From: the human T2T-CHM13v2.0 reference genome, Homo sapiens
Strand: one strand, 5' to 3'
DNA: 64,000 nucleotides
Assembly (NCBI RefSeq): GCF_009914755.1
Contig: NC_060925.1
Shown: positions 57,821 to 64,000 of the stretch, piece by piece
Layout: the number at the start of each line of letters is the position of its first letter
How positions within the stretch are numbered: position 1 is the first letter of the stretch
Position numbers and translations under genes: made by a program
Notes under the pieces: generated by a model
The model's database searches: none
Seen by the model: the letters and a program-made list of their open reading frames with translations, nothing else
What the model was told of the DNA's origin: nothing

Positions 57821-60800
57821 CTGCTTCTGGGCCATCTCTCGGTCCCTCACATCGAAAGACCTCATGATTTCAATCCAAAGCATCTGACCAAGTGTTAGGT
57901 CTACTTCCTTTCGATTCTTGGATATGAAGGGTAGGAGCTTAATATCTGCCTATAGCCCAGAAGATTTGTGCAAAGACCCTGGTTCACTTGGAGAGGAGGT
58001 ACTATAAAATTTGGACCCCACAATGCGAATGAAGGGTATGTATTGAATTCCCTCAGCCCACCAGCTTAACACAGAGACAGTGTGAGGGATATACTATAGC
58101 TGGGAAGCTTGGAAGGGCTCATGTTCAAGGGCCTCTTTGGGCCAAACAGCAGTGGGCCTGAGCATGGAGAGACCCTGGCCTTTTAGTGCCAGTGCCTAGA
58201 GAAGCAGGTCACTAAGCTTTGTGCCCAGGAGCTGTGCTGTCCCTGGTCCATCCCTGTGTACCCCATTCCACTCCTGAAATAATGAACTACTGCAGCCTTC
58301 CAAGTTCACAGTGTGCCAGTTTGTCACAGAATAGCAGTGACACTTCTCTGCTGCAACCCATCTTTGCTCTGCCATGCTGCCAAGACCATCTTCACCAGGC
58401 GGTAACCTGGGAACTCCAGCTGGTACACAGTACAAGAAGCCTCCGCAGTAGACTGTCCCAGGTGCATGTGCTCAGTATGTCATAGCCATCTCCTTTTGGA
58501 GGCCAGGGAGAGCTTCTGTTTGGGTGCCACGGATCCTGGACAGAAGCTTTCTAGAGGTAGGAGAAGAGACTAAATGGCTGGCCAACCCAGAGATTGTTGG
58601 ATTGTGTTATGATTCCATGGTCAAAGTGCTTTAAAAACCTAGAAATTGGCTCTGGTAGTGAGTCCCAGGATGGAGCTAACTTACGATCTGGACTCCATTA
58701 CATGATTGCTAATCCTGAAGTTCAGCAAACGTTGGTACTGGCTGACTTTTAATGGAGTACCTGTTTGAGGGTTCTCCTCATCATGTATTTAAGGTTAAAT
58801 TGTATAAAGGAATTCTGCTGCTCTTTTGAAATTTTCTGGTTCTGTTTAACCATACCTAAAAATGCCATGAGGTAGCCAGATGATTGACTAACTGGGATTT
58901 ATGGAAATTCTTATCTGCAAAAATCTCAAGACAAAGAGGGCACTAACTAGAAGGTTCCCAGTGCTTTATGTAACATGCAGAAGGAAGTCTGGTCTCAGCT
59001 TCTTGGATCTGAGCAATCCTTTGGAAAGGGAGCAATGAAGAGCAGTAACTGAAGACTCATTTCCTGCCTTCTGTGTGACTCACTCTCCTTTGTCAACTTC
59101 AAGTTTGCCCTAGGCCTGCTTGCTTCTCTCCACCCCAAGGAACTTGGTCTTTGGAAGACACAGGCACCTGCCCTCTCTGTCTGCCTTTTGCCCCCAGGTC
59201 CAGAGGGAGAAACAAACCCTCAGTTGGAGGAAAGTCTAGAGCACAGGCTTTGTGTTGCTCAGAGAAGCATGACAGGAAGTGGTGCTGTTGCCTCTGCATT
59301 GGCCGACTCCTGGCTGCACCTGCTTTTCCCAGAGGCACGGGGAGGCCCAGGCAGGGGCCCAGGGCCTGCTGCTGATCAGTTTGTCCTGCTTGCAAGTCTG
59401 CATCCCAGTACCCAACGGGGCCAAGTAGAAAAGGCACATAGTGTAGTGTGAGCCGTAGCTGTCACCAGATGGGTCTTTCCCCTCCGTGCCCAACCCCTTC
59501 CCTGACCTGAAAGGGCCTAGCCTCTTTCCCCACTGGCTTCCACCAAGTTCTAACACATTTTATATATATCGATTTCCAGGCTTGTAGAGGCAAGACCTAC
59601 AGTCCAGGAGTTCAAATGGATTCAGTGTTGTTGGTTCTTGTTTCCTAGAAGGACAAGTGCTCTGAAGGTTTGGTGTCAACTCTGACCCAAGGGGTGTATC
59701 TGATTTTTATGAAGGCACAGAAATGCACCTGAGGTGACCCCAAGTCCTTCTCTTTTATTTTTTGATTTCCCACCACCTGGATCATTAATTCTGCTTTCAA
59801 GGGGGATGGGGAAAGGAGAACATTTCAAAGCAAAGTTGATTTGGTCTCTGAACCAGCTTGTCTTCTAGGCTGTAGTTCACCCTGATGAGAATCAGAAAGG
59901 ACAGTCTGTAAACCCCTTCACTCTAGTGACTCTGCAGCTGGGGAGCCTCAAAACCAGTTCCAGATGTTCTCTCTCCCTATATTGGCCAGAAGGGAATTTC
60001 GGGCAAGCAAGGAGGCAGAGAGCTTTTGCCCATTCATTGAGTACCCCTGTCTGCAAACTGTGTCTTGCTTCATGGCACTTTAGGGAGAGTGCTGAGCACC
60101 TGGGTCCATTTGGGACCAGCCAGCCCTTCCTGTTCCTCGGTTAGAGGCATGCTGCTCCAAGCTGGCTGGTTACTGCAAGCAAGAGAAGCCCGCCTTCCTG
60201 CTGTTCAGGGTCAGAAAGCAAGACCGTGCTGGAGAAGTAAGTCAGGCAGGCTAGGAAGGAGACCTGCAGATGACCCTTGGGTTAACAAAGCAACTTTCAC
60301 GGCCCTGTTCACCACCAGCTAGGATAGTACAGGGCTTTGCCTCCCAATCTTGGGAGACGAGGCATAGATAGTAATGGTCAACTGATGGCCCTTTACTCTT
60401 GAGAAACTCCACCCAGCCTCCCCTTATCCAGAAGAAAGCCATTCCTGACTAAGCCTGGCCATTCTGACGCCTTCTTTCTTAGTCTGCACCCAGCCTGTGC
60501 TGTATGCGGTATATGATGGTAGAAATTTGCACTCTTCATGCTTTGATTTTAAATGCATATTAGACATTTTGGCATTTGTGCCTGAATGCTCTCTGTATCA
60601 TCTTTTTTAAAACATAGTTTGATTATGTAAGTTAAAGAATGTACAAATGTAAACTTCTGAAAATACATACAATATATGATTTCTTAGAGTGTATGGACAC
60701 TGCTCCAGAGGCCTTGCATGAATTATCTCTTTAATCCTTACAAAACGAATGTGATGGGTACTATTATTCCCACTTCAAAGAAGAAAATAAAAAGGACTTA

Positions 60801-60863
60801 TTCTCCCTGGGCATTGACAAGCAAAGAGATTAATAATGGTAACCCCACCAGACATCTCTATGG

Positions 60864-60960
60864 GTATATATGTGTATATACACTAGTATACATATATGTA
60901 TACATAGTATACATATATGTATACATAGTATACATATATATATACTAGTATATATATATG
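60864..60960. repeat. Palindromic TA-rich minisatellite (21-bp unit)
   Basis: tagtatacatatatgtataca twice plus degenerate copies. Confidence 0.85.
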
Positions 60961-60989
60961 ATTTGACATGAATGGGAGTACATATGTTG

Positions 60990-61600
60990 ATGTCTAATCT
61001 TTTTCACTCCACAATGGTGCTAGAACGTCTTTCCATTCCAAAAATCATTTTTAACATTTACATAATATTATAATACAAATATTCCATAAGCTACTTAACT
61101 AGTTCCCCATTGATGGATGTTTTTAATTTGTTGCTGTTGTAAGCATCCTCTACATATATCCCATCTTACTTGAATAATTCTCTCCTTAGGCTAAAGTCCT
61201 AAAACTATGATTGCTGGATTTAAGGGTGTGTATATTTTCTGCTTTGAAACACATTGTGAATTGCCTTCTAGGGAGTTGAAACAATTTGTACTCCCACCCA
61301 CAGTGTGTGAGAGGACTGACTCCTCCAGCCGTGTACCAGCTCTGGCTATTCATTCATTCAGAATTCAGTCAAGAATTACATGAAGTAGCTGCAGTGTGCC
61401 AGATACTGTACTCAGAACCAGGCATTGTTACTCTTTTAAGTCTTTGCCAATCTGAAAGAGTGAGTATCTGTGTTACTACTTGCATTTCTTTGAGAATTAG
61501 AAGCGTTGAAACATCTTTTCGTGTTTCAGTTGGCCATTTGGATTTTTCTTCTTTTGTGAATTACATTGCGTATTCTTTGCTTCAATCTTTTTAAACCCGT
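60990..61600 (-). mobile_element. Old L1M 3' fragment
   Basis: ccccattgatggatg...attgctggatt...ttgtactcccacc...tgtgtgagag...ttgcatttctttga...ttggccatttggattttt. Confidence 0.7.
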
Positions 61601-61861
61601 TAAGGTCAGAATTTGTCTTTTTAGTGTGTGGTTTTTTTTTAATTCTTATCTAGTGTTGGTCTAACCCTTCCAACAGTTGTCATTTAGCCAGTTTGTCATC
61701 CATGTAAGTACATATCTTTCTTCCAGATATTAACAAAGTTTATATCAGTCTCTTGGTGAATTCCGTTCCTGTAAGTTAGAATCTGCATCATGACTTTATA
61801 AAAGACCATCACTGTGCCTACAGTTCTTTAGGAATCGCTTTGGCATTAAGAATGAGGCTTC

Positions 61862-62191
<330 letters not shown>

Positions 62192-63093
62192 TTATATGTG
62201 GCGTGGCCTATTACATGGTTTTTATTTTTGTTTCCTCCTATTTCTTAGTATTTCTTTCCACCAGTTCCTGTTGTAAAACGTGACCAGTTGGTACTGATGC
62301 TGTACATCCTTGTATTAGTAAAAATCCTGCTGTGCCTGGAGGCAGGGACCTGCTTGGGCCAGGCCTTCCCAGGAAGCCCGTCCTACCCTCTGTAGCATAT
62401 AGTGCCGGACCACCCCAGCGCTCCCACTTACCTCCTTCACTCTTTCATTGTTGATACATGGGCTAGGTTTCCTACAGAGTCACTTCAAGGATGTAGATCT
62501 TATCCTCCCAATTGGATTGTGAGTTTGTTGTTATTGCCTTTTTTGGTATTCCTCAAGGATGTTCAGAATACCTCACATAGTGATGGACTCAGAGTACCTA
62601 TTAAAGAGATTTTCATTAAAATCACACCATTCAGTAAGTTGACCAAGTACATCAAGAGAGTCAGAAAGACCCAAGATCTAGTTTGGCTTTGCCAGGCATA
62701 GCTTCCTCATCCATAAAATGAAATACTAGTAAGATACTTCCTTATGTGAATCTTGGGAGGCTCGGAGTGTCCAGTACACATTCAGCACTCAGTCAGTGCA
62801 GCTGTAGAGACATAGCGTGGACCTTGGTGGCCCAGCAGTCTCAATCCTGGTTTCTTCTGACCTAAGATTGGTGGGAAAGTACAGATAAAAGCTGGTTGAG
62901 GAGGTGTTGATAGCACAGAGTGTTTTTACGGAGTGTCCTCGGAGGGTTACATGCTCCTTTTTGTTGAATCCGAATCTTTTTTTTTTTCTAATATGGAGCC
63001 TCATAATCATTCAAGGACTCAGTGTGATGCCACAGGTTTCAAACTTGCCAGTTCGTCTCTTATGTTCTGCCAATTTTTTAAAAGTGGGAATAT

Positions 63094-63136
63094 GAGTGCA
63101 TGTGCACGTGTACACACACGTGTGTGTGTGTGTGTC
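63094..63136. repeat. (CA)/(TG)n microsatellite
   Basis: gtgcacgtgtacacacacgtgtgtgtgtgtgtgt. Confidence 0.8.
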
Positions 63137-64000
63137 TTTGTGTATGTAAAATGCTTGGGATAAAAAAAGATGGATCAAATTTTGTCTGGCATGGCATAGC
63201 AACTCTCACCTCTAGTATCCTCTAAACATTTAACCAAATGGACTTTAACTGGTTTACTTCAATTCTATTTTTATTTTCGTAGTCATTTAAATGTATGGGG
63301 AGCCAACTCTTTCAAATGAGACATTTTGTCATTAAAACATGTTATTTAGTTTAACCGCATGGGCCCGGCTTCAGCAACATTGAGGACTGTGAAGAGGGTT
63401 CTGAGCGGCTGTTCTCTCCTGACCTGACCGCAGCAGTGACCCACCAGCTTGCAATGCACGCAAACTGAAACAGGCAGGATGGCCAGCCCAGGGTTGTCTG
63501 CACGGTGGTCTTGGCATCTGTACCTTAGGTTGCCAGCTCCTGGCCCTCCTTGCCTGCATTTGGTGGCCCTTGGCCCTGCCGTGTCATATGGCACAAGAGC
63601 CCTTCTGGCCCGCATCACCCTGTGTACTGATTAGGCAGGAATCAGCAAATCCGTTGAGTGCATGTTTAATGTGACACAGATGTGGGACATACTACAGATC
63701 TTTCTGCTTTACAAATTTTCAGCTTTTTGCATTTCATCAGTGTTGCTTATTATTTACAGAATGTAACTTGAGACATCAGAACAGATTGTAATTTTTAAAA
63801 AGGTTGTTGGGGGGGTGGGCCCGCAGGGGATCTGGGAGAAAAAATCCAGTAGTGTGGAATGTTGTTTGCTGTCCAGACCAAACAAACCAGTTTGCCAAGG
63901 GTTGATGGACTATGACAATCAGTCCAATTCATGTTAACACTGGGGGCACTTAATTAAAAGGCAGCTTGACCTCCTTATCACCAAATAAAGAATAATCTTT

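Overview
Human (primate) genomic DNA, not prokaryotic. It is almost all intronic and comes from the 3' part of VPS13D, transcribed on the + strand (gene recognised from the translated exons, no database search). Only two coding exons are supported: 34143-34275 (133 nt, phase 0 to 1) and 38345-38540 (196 nt, phase 1 to 2). They splice in frame to FAGTLSDGLGKTMDNRHQSEREYIRYHAATSGEHLVAGIHGLAHG-IIGGLTSVITSTVEGVKTEGGVSGFISGLGKGLVGTVTKPVAGALDFASETAQAVRDTATLSGPR. The rest holds about 24 Alu loci, many MIR/L2 fragments, old L1M pieces, an MLT1A-type LTR, DNA transposon relics (MER2, MER2B, MER33, MER47, Charlie) and microsatellites. Nearly all ORFs in the track are repeat-derived or chance. The most interesting non-repeat signal is a dispersed set of DR5 retinoic-acid response elements: two perfect ones (11714, 27005), an inverted near-perfect pair (52095, 52175) and two more in a CpG-enriched patch (56291, 56572). 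These may be long-range enhancers for the retinoic-acid-induced neighbour DHRS3, which lies outside the window. Other oddities are a ~240 bp local duplication, a 50 bp TSD-flanked retro-insertion, a frame-shifting decoy acceptor before the second exon, a tailless Alu, a trimeric Alu and near-adjacent inverted Alus. Repeat boundaries and subfamilies were assigned by eye and are approximate.
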